DNA of 64,000 nucleotides from Klebsormidium nitens. Its lineage: Eukaryota > Plantae > Klebsormidiophyceae. This document shows, piece by piece, positions 62,080 through 64,000 of this stretch. The stretch covers positions 43,162 to 107,161 of the forward strand of contig DF237252.1 in the NCBI GenBank assembly GCA_000708835.1, written 5' to 3'. The notes under the pieces were generated by a model. That model did no database searches. It was not told where the DNA came from and saw only the letters and a list, made by a program, of their open reading frames with translations. Every line of letters starts with the position of its first letter. Within the stretch, counting starts at the first letter, position 1. A program made the translations under genes and the position numbers.

Positions 62080-63872
62080 TCATAGTTCAACGACCTCGTG
62101 CTTATAGAGCCTCTCCAAAACTGGCCGGAAAAATCTACTCAGATCCTCCCGTACAATAAGCTCTGTCAGCATGGGGCAGGTCAACAAGGTATTTCAGTTC
62201 GAGGGCTGAAGGGGACCTCTCCGCATCTTCGTCGCTAAATGCAGAACTTTTAAGGAAGACAGCTTAGTTAGTGCGGCCGTGACGCTGCGGTCTATGTAAA
62301 AATTTGCGCAAAACTCCGTGTCTAGCGCCAGGTTTGTGAGGGATGGCAACCTTTGGAGGTCGTCCATTAATTTAAGAAGGCTTGGCAATCCTAGCACATA
62401 CCAATCCAAGCCCTCCCGACCAATCTTCAACCCAACAGTAGCAAGGGACTCGTGTGCCCCCTGCAACTCTAAACCGAGGTAGCCCAGCGAACGCACGTTC
62501 AGGGTCCTCAAAGAAGGGCACGTGATCTCGACTGTGGCTGGCAGACATTCTTCCGGACTCTGGTAGCCTGAACCCCAGATCAAGGTCAACTCTTCCAGAT
62601 CCTCCCAGCCCCTAAACACAAACCCCAACAGGTCCTTTTCCTCCGCACCTAGTTCGCACTCAAGCTTCCTCAAACGCCTACTGAAACCAGACTGGCAGAA
62701 AAGGATTGACAGGTCCCTGGTCTCTTCATCCGCAAGAGTTGTGGGGGATGCCTCTACCTTGAGGTCAGTCAAAGTTGGCGGGGCCGCTTCGGCGATGCAG
62801 TTGAGGACTTCGGCCCACTCTTCATGCGCCCCTTCCTTTTTGTTGGACCAGAGGTCAAACGCTAGGCTTCTTAGACTCCTACATTTGCCTAGCACAGACA
62901 CCATCTGCGCCCCAAAGTGGCTTGCGCTACCACGATTCAATCCAACTAGTGTCAAAGACTTGAGACACTCCAGCCGGGGAATCGAAGACAGGTCAAGGTC
63001 TGGGGTGTCAACATGCCACGGTCCTCCGATCGAGACGTCTAGAGTCCGCAAGCTCCTCGCAAGCGCTGTGGTCAAGGGGATTGTTGTTACCAAAGATGGT
63101 CCTACGATGGACAGCGTAAGGGACTGGACTGGAGGGATCCCTTGGAAGAACACCCCAAGGCTAGCATTCCCAAAGAGGTCCAAGGTCATGTCGTCGTTGC
63201 AACCGAACAAAGTGTTTACTCCCACCTCCAGACTTTGCAGTGCTGGACACTTTGCCGCGGAGACCGCCCGACACAGGAGGGGCATCGAGCAGAGGTTGTT
63301 GACTTCCAAGGAGAGACTCTCCAAGGAGAGACTCTCCAAGGTGGAGAGGTCAGCCTCGCATAGCTTACGGAGCTGCTCGTCTTCCAAGAATGTGATACCC
63401 TGGAACTTGACCTCTTTCAGCGGCAGCAAAACTTGCCCAGGGTCTGGTAACCTCCCAACATTAGTCATAACCAAAGGCCCACACCCGACGCTTTCCATCA
63501 AGGACAGAGACTCGGCTTCCTGAGGGAAAAATCCCTCCTTGTCCTGCTCATAGTACCGTTCAACGCTTGTGAACACCACGTGTGTTGTAATTTGGCCCAC
63601 ACGCGACTAAACGGAAGCTCCCCTGAGCTAAGCCAATTTCTCTGCCCCACGCCGACAACAAGTCTTTGCACGTTAGGGAAGAGCCTCGCTAGATACGGGA
63701 CGTATTCAGGCCTCCACTTGCCATTGAGAGGGATTGAGGGCTTCACTTGTCGGACCACACTGGAAATGTCTAGTGATGTGACGGCGGCAAAACACAGCGG
63801 TGCTTGCTCAAGCTGCCGCTCGGAGCATTGCAGGCGCAAATGCTTTCGCGTACGCCGCTCTGCAGACTGAGC
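62080..63872 (-). pseudogene. Intronless F-box/LRR sequence resembling MAX2/D3; frameshift, in-frame stop and missing F-box
   Basis: AERRTRKHLRLQCSERQLEQAPLCFAAVTSLDIS..LARLFPNVQRLVV; a +2 shift in an AC run at 63580-63585 (WAKLQH/VVFTSVERYY); LRR ORF 62194-63600; TGA at 62194-96 followed in the same frame by NTLLTCPMLTELIV..VVEL* (62080). LRR nature is clear; the MAX2 affinity rests on recalled motifs. Confidence 0.65.
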
Positions 63873-64000
63873 ACGAACGGCACGTACGCCAAGCTCTCGA
63901 AATCCTCCGACAGAATCACTTTTACGTTTGTGCCGCCAAGTCCCGATTTTTCCAGGAGGAAATTAAATTCTTGGGACATATTGTCGGAAAGGATGGATTC
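63866..64000 (+). mobile_element. Ty3/gypsy reverse-transcriptase C-terminal fragment (continues beyond window)
   Basis: TEHERHVRQALEILRQNHFYVCAAKSRFFQEEIKFLGHIVGKDGF matches the post-YxDD EH..HL..VL..LR....Y....KC.F...E+.FLGH+V..DG pattern. No YxDD lies upstream in frame, so it is 5'-truncated. Confidence 0.85.

Noticed and set aside
63306-63341. 15-nt tandem duplication encoding ESLSLESLSLE
   Set aside because: In-frame micro-duplication within an LRR; not informative on its own.
62741-63523. 260-aa plus-strand ORF
   Set aside because: Antisense shadow of the LRR frame on the minus strand; Ser/Arg-rich with no motif.

Overview
Eukaryotic nuclear DNA with many GT-AG introns, GC3-rich exons and plant-type genes. 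It is most consistent with a streptophyte alga such as Klebsormidium (inference from gene content and intron style). Genes in order: AHK1/CKI1-clade membrane histidine kinase (minus, runs off the window start); At5g01010-like GOLD-domain protein (minus); F-box/LRR protein of the At1g10780/At1g67190 type (plus); three tandem paralogues of an unrecognised small multi-pass membrane protein (minus); two tandem organellar small heat-shock protein genes (plus); a Cys-rich hypothetical gene (plus); NAP1 (minus); a CobW/COG0523 (ZNG1-type) GTPase with a His-rich loop (plus); and an intronless, disabled MAX2-like F-box/LRR sequence (minus) whose 5' end abuts a Ty3/gypsy reverse-transcriptase fragment. 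There are also two TA-flanked MITEs, a tRNA-like Pol III relic and a 198-nt assembly gap. The most striking unexplained pattern is that all the conserved multi-exon gene types here carry decaying tandem 'echo' copies of their own splice junctions inside introns. Each echo is branch point + acceptor + first 30-90 nt of the exon, or exon end + donor, and the copy adjoining the full exon is the one that completes the reading frame. All homology calls are from recalled family motifs, not from database searches.
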